64,000 nt of DNA from contig ML992505.1 in NCBI GenBank assembly GCA_010093995.1, positions 1,532,670-1,596,669 on the forward strand. The letters run 5' to 3'. The notes beneath the pieces were generated by a model. It did not search any database. It had not been told where the DNA came from and saw nothing but the letters and a program-made list of their open reading frames with translations. This stretch comes from Elsinoe ampelina (lineage: Eukaryota). Positions 1 through 12,599 of this stretch are shown one piece after another; the first letter of the stretch is position 1, and the number at the start of each line of letters is the position of its first letter. The translations under genes were made by a program, and so were the position numbers.

Positions 1-220
1 CTGTGGTCTTACCTTCTTCCCCACGTGAGATTAGATGAACGAGAGAGCAGTTCAGCATTGACGACTGTGAGCGGGGCCCTGCATACCTGCATCACTCTGA
101 ATCCATGTATCGAGCTGAAGTCCATCCCCAAATGGTCCGGTTCGAGATTGATATGTCTTGGCTTTGTGCAGGATGCTACTATCATTGTCGATCCAGAGCG
201 CAAGTTTCAGGTTTTCTGTC

Positions 221-1402
221 TCATCGCGCCTTGCTATCTTCGACCATGTCTGCCCAAGATTGCTCCTTCGAATCATCAAGCGCTATGTCTGCGTTTGTAC
301 TCTGATCCTTGTCTTTGGCGTCTGATTGGTCCGACTGAGCCTTGTCTTGGGCTGGGAATGATAACTTCGGTGCTGCAACCACCTCATCGGCACCTTGGTC
401 TGCTTGCTTCGCTGATCCGGATGCGAGTGCTGGAAACTCCTCAGCCTGAGGCGGTTGTTGCGACCCATGACCTTGAGCTCTTGCATCGCCTCTTCCGCCT
501 CTTCCTCCCCTCCCTCTTCCTCTACCCCTGTCTTCGCGATATATGTATTCTCTACCATCATCCTGTGCTCCGTCGAACGCTGCTGCAAGCTCACCGCGCC
601 CCAGCCGTGTTCCAGCCACACCACCGTGCGCTCCTCGTCCATAGCCCCGTCTTTGATCAGCAAAGTCTTCCTCCCGTTTGTCCAGGTCCCACTCTCTGCC
701 TTCTTGGGCTTTCAGCTTCCGTTGTCTATTCTTCTCCCGTTCGCCCATCATCTGCTGCCTGTCTCGTCTCTCCTCCTGTCTCCTCTTGGACGCTTCATTC
801 TCCCTTTGCGCAAACGAATCTGCGTCAGCCTGTGCTCTCGCATGTGCGGCTTCTAACGTGGCGTTCTTTAGCTGTATCGAACTGATGCGGGCTGCGAGCT
901 CTTCCTCCGTCAATTTCGTTCTCGCCATTCCGCCTGTAGCTGATCGATCTCCTCGTACTGCTGTGGGCTTTGTGTGTCGAGGCTCAGTCGGCGCATCTGC
1001 CGGCGGATCCACCGTGGCTACCTCGTCCGTCGATTGCTCAGTTTGTACAGGAGCTGCTGGCTCGGGCTCGGGCTCCGTAGCCACTTTTGGAGCATGCCTG
1101 GACTCACCAAGTGGATTAGGTGCATGTCGAGATTCCCCCAGAGGATTGAACGTGAGGGCTGTGCTGCCATTTACGGGTGTTGCTTGGAAGCTTGATGTAG
1201 CACCGGTCCCACCTCGTCCTCGCCCACGACCACGACCTCGCGGAGCAGAACCACGACTTCCTCGCTCGAAGCCTTGTTGTTGCGGCGGCGGTGTGGGTGC
1301 TACTGGTTCCGGCTCGGTAGCAGGTGTGAAGTCGTCTCCAAAGAGATCATCCTGTGCCCGCGTCTGCATGGACTCTTCGCCATTGTCGTAGAAGCTGTCC
1401 AT
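221..1402 (-). CDS. Hypothetical RGG-rich, low-complexity protein with a central coiled coil (possible RNA-binding protein)
   Basis: 393-aa ORF. RGRGRGRGG tracts at both ends and a charged helical segment (LTEEELAARISSIQLKNATLEAAHARAQAD...QQMMGEREKNRQRKLKA). Confidence 0.75.
   Translation of the reverse strand: MDSFYDNGEESMQTRAQDDLFGDDFTPATEPEPVAPTPPPQQQGFERGSRGSAPRGRGRGRGRGGTGATSSFQATPVNGSTALTFNPLGESRHAPNPLGESRHAPKVATEPEPEPAAPVQTEQSTDEVATVDPPADAPTEPRHTKPTAVRGDRSATGGMARTKLTEEELAARISSIQLKNATLEAAHARAQADADSFAQRENEASKRRQEERRDRQQMMGEREKNRQRKLKAQEGREWDLDKREEDFADQRRGYGRGAHGGVAGTRLGRGELAAAFDGAQDDGREYIYREDRGRGRGRGGRGGRGDARAQGHGSQQPPQAEEFPALASGSAKQADQGADEVVAAPKLSFPAQDKAQSDQSDAKDKDQSTNADIALDDSKEQSWADMVEDSKAR
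1088..1147 (-). repeat. 30-bp coding tandem duplication (NPLGESRHAP x2)
   Basis: The peptide is repeated exactly in the 221..1402 protein. The DNA copies differ at synonymous positions. Confidence 0.85.
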
Positions 1403-1879
1403 CCTGAGGAGGTCTCTGTCGATATGGTGAATTACAGGCGGTGCAATTACAATCTAATGTACAAATGCGTAATGTTACACGGACGTAACCAATAATTACA
1501 GTGCGCCCTCGCCCGTAGAAATATCCAAGTACCCGAATACAAGTAATTCTATGCAGCAGTGGAGCATACAGTGAAGAGTCGGTGGTCGGTATTTGGTAGC
1601 CGAGCTCTGCAGATGTCGCTCACCGTAGTGCGGCTCTTGTCGGCTATGAGGATATCAAATCATCGTCATCTCAATTACCATGGAGTGCTTTCCGCCATAT
1701 GAACTATCTTGCTCTTAATTAGCGTTTCGATTCTGCAATTTCGCACTCCTTCAGAGCCAAATCCAGAGATTACCGTATTTCTACATTACCCCAGACAATG
1801 CTCAGCGTGAGGAGCCAGCTCGACGATATCAAGGTCTTTCGTCAACTATCCAACCTATGCGCGTAACGATCCAGCAATT

Positions 1880-2567
1880 ATGATCAGGGTCAAAGCGTTC
1901 ACGAAGCTTCTCAGTGACAATGCGGATGGTAAGCTCGTCCGAAGATGGTTGTAAGTATGTTCGTCTTCACATGCAGATAGGAGCTGACCACGGAAGTATG
2001 ACGACACCTAATGGATCACTCCTGGCATACACTTCACCTACAGACATTCGAGAACTGCGCGATCAAGTTGCGCTAATCTCAATGACCTGGAAGGAGCAAC
2101 TCGATCTGCGCGAGAATGACATGGACGACGAGGGCCATACTGATCCGAACGAGCCGACCATGCACACCATGACTATGGAATTTGAGAACCGCAACATCGT
2201 TGTGCGACTTCTCCAAGCAAATCTGCTCCTGGTTCTGGAAGGAGGAGTGCCGCCAAGGAAACCTCGACAAGTACAGGTCACCACCGAGGGACCGCGCGAT
2301 CAGAGATATCCTCCACATGCGGACGGCGCGGTGAGCAAGTCTGTAGAGAATGGTTCGACCCGTCCAAATGGGTCAGTGACTGCTACAGAGCCGCCTGGAA
2401 GTCCTTCTGGTCACTCTGAAGCGTCAACCACGATGAGCGTACGCAAAGCGAAGAATGTACTGGATGTCCACCGCCGCAAGCTCGATGCAATGACCACCAT
2501 TATCCGATCAGAGCTCCGAAAGATACACTTCGAGATGCCTTCTGACCCAGAGGGACGACATTTCTGA
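1880..2567 (+). CDS. Roadblock-fold protein, LAMTOR2 (Ragulator subunit)-like, 2 exons
   Basis: ATG 1880, intron 1951-1996 (GTAAGT...GCTGAC...AAG). Spliced start MIRVKAFTKLLSDNADGKLVRRWFMTTPNGSLLAY resembles the LAMTOR2 N-terminus as recalled (MLRPKALTQVLSQ...LLLNNEGSLLAY). Also contains ANLLL and a C-terminal helix. Confidence 0.65.
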
Positions 2568-2935
2568 ATACTTGACGAGGCGATTAGTATGGGAGAAGAA
2601 GAAGCATAGCTTGTGAAACACTCTCAGAGTTGCAGAGTGGCAGGCATCGCCATTGCTCCTCGGGTTCCATGCCAGAAAGGGACAACAATCCGACAGCCCG
2701 TCTGATGTGCATCTCATCTCGAGGCCGCCACATGAAACCATTGGTCAATGTTTGACTTTGGGTGCAGTGTGTGGGGGTCCAACCTCACCCTCTGGGCAAA
2801 CTGCGGGGTAATGGCGTGGGACAGATGGCACAGTACCAGCACACCACCCTCGACGGTTTTTCTCAAGTAAACCATCCTTCCACGTACCCTTGTAGTCTGG
2901 AAACCACCGGAACAAATACCGAAACTATCACAACC

Positions 2936-4795
2936 ATGCCGCTTATCGTTCCTACAGCCACCAATGGCTCCAGTGCTCGTCCAAAGGTACTCATACCTGA
3001 GAAGGTCTCACCTGATGGACTAGCCTTGCTGAAAGGATCTCTGGATGTTCATGAGAAGAAGGGCCTGTCCCCGGAAGATCTTGTCCAGTGCATTGGAGAC
3101 TATGAAGCTCTCATAGTGCGTTCCGAAACGAAGGTTACTGCCGAGGTTCTAGCAGCAGGCAAACGCTTGAAGGTGGTTGCTCGTGCTGGGGTCGGCGTCG
3201 ACAACGTCGATGTAACTGCTGCAACCAAGCATGGCATCATCGTTGTCAATTCCCCAGTCGGCAATATCAATGCTGCCGCTGAGCATACCGTAGCCTGTAA
3301 GTACACATGACCTCAATACCACTTCAAATCCTCACTGCTCCAGTGCTCATGGCAGTCGCTCGCAACATTGGTCCGGCCTATGAAAGTATCCGTGCTGGTA
3401 AATGGGAGAGGAGCAAGCTGGTAGGTGTCGAGCTCAAGGGCAAGAATCTCGCCATCATTGGTCTAGGCAAAGGTCAGTGCCAGCCAATTTGTAGTATCAC
3501 TCAGCTAACATAGTCCAGTGGGTCTTACTGTGGCACGTATAGCAGGAGGTCTGGGCATGAATCTGACTGCATATGACCCCTATGCAAACCCTCAATTGGC
3601 GGCTGCCGCATCAGTCACAATCGTCCCCACCATGGCCGAGCTGATCAAAGAGGCGGACTTCTTGACCATCCACACGCCACTGATTGCCTCGACGAAAGGA
3701 ATGATCGGTGCTGCCGAGCTGGCGACGATGAAGCCGACTGCGCGTATTCTCAACGTCGCCCGTGGAGGCATGATTGATGAAGACGCTTTGATTGCAGCAC
3801 TTGACAACAACACCATTGCCGGCGCGGGTCTTGACGTCTTTACGTCCGAGCCACCGGAGGCTGACTCTTCTGCTTCTCGCGTCATTGCCCACCCCAAGGT
3901 GGTCGCCACTCCTCACCTCGGCGCATCCACTGTCGAAGCTCAAGAAAATGTCTCCATCGACGTCTGCACCCAAGTCCTTTCCATCCTATCCGGCGCCCTC
4001 CCCCGCTCCGCCGTCAACGCCCCCATCATCCTACCAGAAGAATACCGCACTCTCCAACCTTTCGTCTCCCTCGCCGAAAACATGGCGTCCATATTCACGC
4101 AGTACATCGCCCGCTCCGCCTCCACCTCGCGCTCCTCCCTCGAGATCATCTACGAAGGCACCCTCTCGTCCCTCAAAACCACGCAACCCCTCTACGCCGC
4201 CATCGTCAAAGGCCTCCTCACCCCCATCTCCACAAAAGAAACCCTCAACATCAACATCGTCAACGCCGAACTCGTCGCCAAAGAACGCGGCATCCGCATC
4301 GCCGAGGTCCGCAGCAGGGAAACCCTCGAAGGAGAGGGGTACTCTGCTCTCATCACCCTGCGCGCCCGACCAGGTCCCCGCACCCCGTCCACCAGCCGCC
4401 ATCGCGACCCCTTGTCCCCGCCGATTGGCTCTTCGTCCGGAAACGCAGAAGACGACGACCTCACCATCTCCGGGTTCGTCTCCAATAACCTGCCCTACAT
4501 CTCCCGGCTGGGACGCTTCAGCACGTCTTTCATCCCGCAAGGCACGTTGCTCATGTGCAGGAACTATGACGAGCCAGGTAAGATCGGGGTCGTGGGAGGG
4601 CTGTTGGGCAAGGCAGGGGTGAATATTCGGTCGATGAGCGTGGCGCCGTTGGAGAGGGGGGAGGGGGAGCAGGGAGAGGGGAGGGGGAATGAGGCGTTGA
4701 TGATTCTTGGGGTGGATGGGAGGGTGGAGGAGGGGGTGAGGGGGAGTTTGGAGGGGGAGGAAGGGGTGGTGGAGGCGAGGGTTGTTGTGCTTTAG
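2936..4795 (+). CDS. serA: D-3-phosphoglycerate dehydrogenase, type I architecture (catalytic + ASB + ACT), 3 exons
   Basis: Motifs RAGVGVDNVD, NAAAEH, IIGLGKVG (NAD binding), NVARGG, TPHLGAST.EAQ, and C-terminal ACT NYDEPGKIG...GVNI. Introns ~3297-3343 and ~3473-3518. Confidence 0.93.
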
Positions 4796-4900
4796 ATGTG
4801 AGAGGGAATGGGTAGAAGACAGAGATCCATGAGGGTGTCAAGAAAAGAGGTCCCTGCGAGCGAACATGGTAGAAGTACCTTGGTGGAGTGGGGCATTCAA
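3960..4900. other. C/A-rich to G/T-rich skew-switch domain (switch ~4550)
   Basis: ccccgctccgcc-type runs on the left, gagagggggagggggag-type runs on the right, inside a + strand gene. Confidence 0.8.
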
Positions 4901-5124
4901 CTGGACCCCTTGAGCGGTGATACACATCGCATAGCATGAATAGAAAGGGTTGTGTGACCGATTGATGGTGCCTGGAGAGCGGCTCGTGATCGTACATTCA
5001 TAGGATATCTACCTCGTCCGGTGTCTTGGGCTAATTCCATTCCGCAAAATGCCATGACAGGCAGGATCTTCCACACCACAACAAATCACCGTCTCTCTAC
5101 CCGGTATCATGACCTAAAGGTCGT

Positions 5125-6021
5125 TTATTTCCCCTCAAATTCAAACTTCCCCAATCCCCTACCTCCACCACCATGCAGGCCACCCTCCTCATCCCCCAAC
5201 CTCTCCCTAACGAACCTCTCCGCCACGCCCACAGGATCCTTAGCCACACCATCCATCCTCACCTCCTTCTCCACCCCCTGCCCACCCACCGCCGCCGACG
5301 TCGGCGTCAAGCTATCCCCCCTAAACCCACCTCTACCACCACCCGCAGGAGAACCATAATTGCTCAACCTAGCAGGCGTCCTCGCCCCCTCCCCGAACCC
5401 GACCAAACTCCCCGTCCCCTCATCACTGATATTCCCAACACTACTCCTATCCATCTCCATATCCACATCCCCCTGCTCGTCCAACGTACCTGTCTCCGCC
5501 GTCGCAGCCGACTCACTCATCTTATCCTCCTCCCCGCCCACGCTGCCCGACGCCCACGTCGTGCGGCCCCCTACACTCCCCGTCGCGGACGCAGAGCCGA
5601 CGGTGCTCCTCTCCCTCCCGAGCACAGGGTTGCCTTGGTTGTCGAAGTAGCCCGCGCCGCTGCTGTAGCCCGCTTGGGAATGAGGGGCGACGGCGCCGGG
5701 GGTGAGGTTGGCGTTGGGGGGTTGGCGGGCTGTGGCGACGCGTTCGAGGCCGGCGAGGCGGGAGATGCGGTCGGCGCGTTCGGCCGTGGGGTCCGGGGCG
5801 TTGGCGCGGTGGTGCGGGAGGTGTCCTCTGTGGCCGTCTTTGATGGCGACGGTGGAGAGTTCGGACATGGAGGTTGTGGTGGAGTTGGGGGTGCCGCTTG
5901 GGAGGAGAGGTTAGTTGGGCGAGCAGGGGAGGAGGGGGAGGGAGGCTCACGGGATGTCGGAGGGGGTGACGGGGTCGGAGGGAGGTGGGGGGAGGTTGAT
6001 GAGGGTCGGGTGGGATGGCAT
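5125..6021 (-). CDS. Fungal hypothetical protein, disordered, 2 exons
   Basis: ATG 6021 (MPSHPTLINLPPPPSDPVTPSDIP), intron ~5950-5898 (GTGAGC...CTAAC...AAG) joining GTPNSTTTSMSELSTVAIKDGHRG...ADRISRLAGLERV. Confidence 0.7.
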
Positions 6022-6100
6022 TTTGGTGGTGGGGATGGCGGAGATGTGGTAGGAGTACGAGGTCCTGATTGGTATTGGTAGGATTGAAGAGGTGAAGAGT
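5130..6100. other. C/A-rich to G/T-rich skew-switch domain (switch ~5640)
   Basis: Same polarity on the + strand although the gene is on the - strand. Confidence 0.8.
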
Positions 6101-6870
6101 GTAGCAGGTCTTGCGCAGCTAAAAGCGAAGAGGTTGGAGCTCTTTCATGCGAATTGGGTGCCGATCGCTTTTGGTAGCAGCAATGACGATCGATCCTCGA
6201 GAGACAATAAACTGCTCGATCCGGGATCAATCGATATCGTCGTCAGGTGTGTTGTCCAGCGACTTGTCTCGGGCAGATCAGACACCAATTGAGCTTGTGC
6301 GAGGAAGGACCCTTTGTGATCACCACGGGCATTTGACAGCGAACCTGAAGGAAGCGAAACCCTGGAGAGCTCCCGTCCTTGTCGGCTTCGATGGCTCCGC
6401 CGACGTCAGACTCGACCAATCATGTCGTGCTCCAACATTGCTGAACGCGGATCTTTTTCTCCGCGTCTCATCATGCGGATTCTTTCTTTCTCATACAGCC
6501 GTTGATGAGACCATTTCAAAATATATGATAGGAAGAGGGTGATCCGTCATTGACGGGCCTGATCACAACTTTTACAATTCTGAGGCTGTGGTCGACGACC
6601 GGTGGGACAAGGGCAGGCGGAGTGTGCTCAATTTGCAAAGTTTGCTTGGGGTGGAATAGATTTCTCCATCTGGTACAAAGGCTAGGTCTTGAACATTTGT
6701 TTGTTTTCACAGTCATTGTTTATACATGTTAGCTATGGCTGAAAGAGGAGAGTGATGGTGGTATATGGCTGCTGCGAGTTGATGGCACGAGCAGCTGCTC
6801 GCTCTCATGCTGCATGAATACAATGAAACGCCAGCTATGCTGTCTTTGAAGTTTCTCTGGTTAGGAATGA

Positions 6871-7833
6871 CTACTCGACAAACTTCTTGACGTCTGGATG
6901 TTGTTAGCGCATGTCACACGTCCAAACTGATGAGAAGACCTACTCTCCAGCCACTTTACGTATTCTTGCGTCTCCTTTTGGTCGATGTAGTTGGGGATAA
7001 AGACACCCATACTCTCATTGATCCCACGCTCTTTCAAGTACTCATCGAACAGTGCTTGTAGGTTCTCGTCAAGCTCGACAAATGGCGGACCAGTGTACAG
7101 ATTACGTTGAGCAATCTGATCATCGGCTGTCTTGCCTTCCGCCAGCTCTGGAGTTGAGTAGAAGGCGACGTGCTTGATGTAGAATTGTCCACTCGGGTCC
7201 AGCTCAGTCTCGAGAAGAATTGCGCCCTTGCCAGGTCGTGAAACCTGAACATCGACTGCTACAATGACCGGCGACTGTGACCCGTACTCATCGGAATCCA
7301 AGTCATCCTCTGGCGCTTGTCTGGTCTTGCCCTCTGACGCAGCGCCTGAGTCCGCATCTTCATCAAACATGGCAGCATCAGCTTCTGCCTCTTCCGCGCT
7401 GGTCAAGCCGGCAGTCGAGAATGTGACCTTGATCTGTTCGTCGTTGAAAGTTCGAACCAGATGAACTTCCTGCGATCCTTCGATGTCCTCGAGCTGGAAT
7501 TCCGATGCACTGAGGTATTCCTTGATATCGTTTGCCCCTTCGTCTTGTGGTGATTCCTTCTCGTAGACAAGTTCCTGATCGAGCTTCGCGAACAGCTCCT
7601 CATTGACTAAACATGTCAGCAGGGTTTTGGCAGTATAGTGTTCATGATTACCGACCCTCAAAGCGTGCCGGGGTGCTCGAGAAGCATGCCGATTGCTGTA
7701 TCGTCTTCGCTATGCTGGCAGTGGGCCGCCATGATCTTTGAAGAGCTGGGGACTGGAATGTGCGGATGCTGCTTCGTGCAGCCTTGAGATGATTTCGGGT
7801 GGCAGCTCGTGCCAGGAGTCTCATTGACTGCAT
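6871..7833 (-). CDS. MAM33: Mitochondrial acidic matrix protein, MAM33/p32 (C1QBP) family, 3 exons
   Basis: Arg-rich presequence, acidic body, motif LYTGPPFVELDENLQALFDEYLKERGI...YIDQKETQEYVKWLENVKKFVE. Introns 7655-7607 and 6943-6894. Confidence 0.92.
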
Positions 7834-8077
7834 AATGAGGTTTTAATCGGAGAATGTGATGTGCGGCGGAGGTCGAAAGGGTGGGTGGCAGATGTTCTTG
7901 TCGTGATGCTCGAAACTTTTGCGACGCCGAAGCTCGTCACGGACCGCGAAAGGCGGAGCTTGGACCAGGCTTTTTCAACCTTTGGACGGCGAGGGATAGT
8001 CACTTTAATAATGACATCCTGGACCAACCAATCATTGAAATATCGTCCGGTCCCCCTCTGGTCCTCCAGCATTCAAA
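7834..8077. promoter_or_regulatory. Probable bidirectional promoter between MAM33 and CTP1
   Basis: Only 244 bp separate two divergent ATGs of mitochondrial proteins. Confidence 0.55.
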
Positions 8078-9065
8078 ATGAGTGCCACGACGCAAGAAGG
8101 CAAGCAAAAGCCTTCTGCACTACGCTCCATCATTGCTGGATCGACTGCGGGAGCAGTAGAGATTGCAATTACCTACCCAGCAGAATTCGCAAAGACCAGG
8201 ACACAACTCAATCGAAGATTAGAAGCAGGCAAGAAGTTACCATGGCCGCCATTTGGATCTCAATGGTATGCTGGATGTACGACACTGATTATCGGCAACT
8301 CGATCAAAGCTGGAGTACGATTTGTGGCGTTCGACTCGTATAAAAGTATGCTCGCTGGACCAGATGGCACTCTAAGCGGCCCAAGTACCGTACTGGCGGG
8401 TTTTGGAGCAGGTGCCACGGAATCACTGTTGGCAGTCACGCCTTTTGAGAGCATCAAGACTCAATTGATCGATGATCGCAAGTCGGCGAATCCAAGGATG
8501 AGGGGATTCTTGCACGGGAGCAGACTGATCGCTCAGGAGCAAGGCATCCGCGGATTTTTCAAAGGCTTCGTACCAACGACAGCACGGCAGGCGGCGAACT
8601 CGGCAGTCCGATTCTCAAGTTACACATCACTGAAGCAATTGGCGCAAAGTTATGTAGCGCCCGGAGAGAAGCTCGGAGCTATCAGCACGTTTGGTATTGG
8701 TGGTCTGGCGGGAGTCATCACAGTGTAAGTCTGGGATGTGGCGACTTCGGATACCACGAGTTAACGTTTCCAGGTATGCAACCATGCCCATCGACACGGT
8801 CAAGACACGAATGCAATCAATAGAAGCAAAACATGAGTACAGGAACAGTCTGGACTGTGCCGCAAAGATATTCCGACATGAAGGTGTTTTGACATTTTGG
8901 TCGGGTGCCTTGCCGCGACTTGCTCGATTGGTTTTGAGTGGAGGCATCGTTTTCACCATGTAAGTACAATCATCAGATACTTGATCAAGGCTGATAGCTG
9001 CAAATAGGTATGAGAAGACGATGGACTTGCTAGACACACTGGACCCAAAACGAGAGTACATATGA
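8078..9065 (+). CDS. CTP1: Mitochondrial citrate/tricarboxylate carrier, 3 exons
   Basis: Three carrier signatures (PAEFAKTR, PFESIKTQ, PIDTVKTR), plus GNSIKAGVRF, RQAANSAVRF, PRLARL. Introns ~8725-8773 and ~8960-9008. Confidence 0.93.
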
Positions 9066-10063
9066 AGTTATCCGCCACGAAGCATGTGGCTTATGCCGGC
9101 AACCAGCGGAGAAGAATGGAAACGCCACAATTCTTGTGAACGGCTCACGCGGACCATGGCATTGGAATCGCCATGGCAAGGAGAGATGTTGTCCCGAACA
9201 GACCATGTGTTGGTCATGGATGAGGTCGTAAGCCCCACCTCTCGCAGGTTAACCCCCCGTTTGGTCTTAGCGCATTCGGCGAAGGATTCCTGATATGGCC
9301 AACTCAACGTGTCAGTCGACAGTTCTCGGCAGCGTCACCGCATGGAAGGAGTCTCTGCGAAAATCAACACTGCTAGAGATTGTCGTTGGTAGACTAATGA
9401 AGCTGTACAATATGTTCGTACCATAAATAGACCATTGGAATTGATAGCGTCGATCTGTTTTGCCCTGCCAAGTGACGAGTTCCCATGTTTCGGGTTTAAC
9501 CTGGATCCGTTGGGTTTAGGCAGCCGGAAGTTTAACGAAGCAGGGCGATTAAAGCTAAGTGTAGGTCAGGCCACTGGTCAGTCATCCTTTGACCTGTCAT
9601 CTCGTCACCCATTCGAGGTTTCGACTTCATTTTCGATATTGTTGTGTCGTGTGCATTGGAAACACTGCCTACAATATCAAATTCGCAACCTTGAGTTAAT
9701 GCATTGCTAATCGCCTCTGCGACACGAATAAGCCGCGGACGGATAGTCTCAAAGTCTAAACCGCGATCTCTCACAGCCGTATCGTGCGAGCTGACGGCGA
9801 ATAGTCAACCGATTGTGGACATCAAGTATCGATCAGAATCGTGCTCAAGCTCCCACCGATTGCGGCTGGTTCACAGACGGCACTTTTCCCGTCTTTGACC
9901 ATAGTCTGCGTGGTTTTGAGATATGCTGCACTGAGGGCAAAGTCGCAGCGGACAGCCTCGAGTGCTACCGATTGACCATCAAGACTGAGTGGCATGACGA
10001 GAGAAAGTCGAACAAATTTACGATTGAAATCCACATTAATTTAGCCCTGCTTATATAACGACA

Positions 10064-12592
10064 ATGTCCGACGCAAGCCCACTGGGCTCCTCTACGGCCG
10101 CAAGGAACAAGATCCCCTCACCACCCGCAGCAAAAGAAGCCTCGGGCGCACCTCGCATCAGAAGACGAAACCGAGTCATTGCTTCATGTCTCGAATGTCG
10201 AAGACGAAAATTGAAGTGCGACAAGTCAGCACCATGCTCCAATTGTGCAAAGTTTCGAAGGGACTGCCTGTACTTGGCTCCGGCCTTGGACTCGGTGTCA
10301 CAACAGAAATTGGCCGAGATCAAGGATCGGATGGGCAATCTCGAGCAGAGTCTGGAACGGGATGTGGCGAGGAAGAACAGCACAGACAAGGTCAAGCCCA
10401 AAGTTGAGATTGACAGTGATGAGGATGACTTGCCCGAGTTTGAGGATGAGAAGGACCTGGAGCCAACTCCTCTCGCCTCTCTCGACCAGGTGTATGAGGA
10501 TGATGCTGACGATGACCTGATGGATCTTGGTGTCCAGTTGGGTAAGATGAGAGTGTCAGAGAGGATCGGTGGCTTCGTACGACCAAAGATGGCCGAAGAG
10601 GTATGACTTGAATGATACCTCATTGACACCGCTGATAGTATGTAGTTGACGAGTTGGGGTCAGCGAGGTGGTTCATCGGGCAACATATCATCGCCTCCCC
10701 CTCCACAAGCCGACATTCCAGCCTCTTCGCAGAACTGGTTTCTATCAGACTCTCCAGCAGTCTACCTCGGACCTGGACCCGACTATCTCCCACCAGCGTC
10801 AGGATTCTTCTTCCCAGCCACGGCCGCAAACTCATTGCAAGAGATGCTGCCATCGAGAGCCACATGCGACAAGCTGTTCGAGCAGTATTGGCGAGCAGTT
10901 CACCCAGTCGTCACGATCGTACATAAGCCAAGTTTCCGCAACCTCTACAATCTTTTTTGGCAGCACGTCATGATTGGCACTGAACCTCCGCCGTCGACCC
11001 AAGCTGTCATCTTTGCTTGTCTCTTCAATGCTACTGTCAGCTTGACGGATGAGTCCAGCCTGCAAATCTTTGGGCTACCTCGAGCAGTCTTGGTTGAGAA
11101 GATTCAGGCAAGCACGGAGAAGTGCCTATCCAAAGCGAACTTTCTCAGAACGACAAAATTAGAGACGATGCAGGCCTTTGTGTTATATCTTGTGAATACC
11201 CCTTTCTGCCACATCTGACAGTAGCTGACCAACCAGGTACCTCTATGTCGAGCGGAAGTTTCACGGTCACATTCCGCTCTCACAGGTACGGCGATCCGTC
11301 TAGCTGAGTGTATGGGTCTGCATCGAGACGGAACTCATTACGGCTTCTCGGCGGTAGAGACACATGTTCGTCGTCTCATCTGGTACCATCTCTGCTTCCT
11401 TGACATTAGAACTTGCGAGGCGACTGGACCGCGACCGCAGATTCACAAGGACGACTTTGATACGAAGCTACCCTTGAACGTGAATGAGGATGACCTTACT
11501 CAGAATCCACCTCCGACGGAAGATTTGCCTTACTTTACCGACATGACGCTGAGTCGTATCCGCTTCGAGTGCACCGAGGCACACCGGCAAACCTGGCTGG
11601 ACAATCGAAGGATCGATCAGAAGAAGCTCAAGCATACAGCAGGACTGAGCAGGGTTCAGAAGTTCAGGACGGACATGGAAACACGGTACATGCCTCTGCT
11701 TGCTGGTTCTGACCCTCGACAAAACCTCGCCATGCACTTTTACCGAATTCTTAGCAGTAGACTCTTCATCATGCTACTTCACAGGTACTTTGCTGGAGCC
11801 AGGAATGCTTTGCCTGAGCGACTGAAGCGAATACTTATCGACGCATGTCTAGCGACGAACGAGTTCACCATCTCATTAGAGACAAGACCAGAACTTTCGG
11901 CTTGGGCTTGGTACAGAGGGGCAATTCTACAATACCACTCCGCCATGCTGCTCATGCTTGAAGCACACATGAACCCGAACACAACAGAGGCCCCACGGAT
12001 ATGGCGATGTCTAGACTACATCTTCGAACTTCCGAGCACAATGACAGCACAGGAAAAGTCTGGAAGTGTCATCTTTGCATTAAGGGACAGACTCTCGGTC
12101 TACCAATCAATGCGGAAGATGCGAGCGTCCAAGACCGCCGACGAAGCATTCGAGGACATTCGGCAAAAGTACGGGCAAGGTGTCTTCTCGATACATGCAC
12201 CGACCACCGTCGACTTTAGTGTCCCGATGGCCACTAGCCACATGGATCCACAGCAATTCGGCATGCCACCTATGAGATCCGTGCAAACGCATTCAAGTGA
12301 GTCAGGAAGCCAACAGGGCCAGCACACCGGCAGCGCACCAAGCCCAATGGAAGGTCAAATGACAGCAAGCGACGAGATCGACTGGGTAAGTTGACACCCA
12401 TAAAGGTCCCCACATGGTAAGCTGACCCCTCTGTAGACCGACTGGGACAAGATGTTTCCCGCCGAAGCCTCCGACTTTGGCGCCGCTGAATTGCCCGACT
12501 TCAACCTAGGCAGCTTCACCACCTTCGTCGGCAACTTCCAACAACCACGCACACAATCACAACCACAAATGTTCACTCAGCACCACTCATAA
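10064..12592 (+). CDS. Zn(II)2Cys6 transcription factor with fungal-specific TF middle domain, 4 exons
   Basis: CLECRRRKLKCDKSAPCSNCAKFRRDC binuclear cluster and MGLHRDG...RRLIWYHLCFLD. Introns ~10601-10645, ~11192-11237, ~12386-12436. Confidence 0.93.
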
Positions 12593-12599
12593 CATTTAC

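Noticed and set aside
25..885. Long antisense or alternative-frame ORFs (also 5173..6081, 22484..23302, 29641..30627, 48637..49566)
   Set aside because: Shadows of real genes, caused by high GC and strand skew that deplete stop codons.
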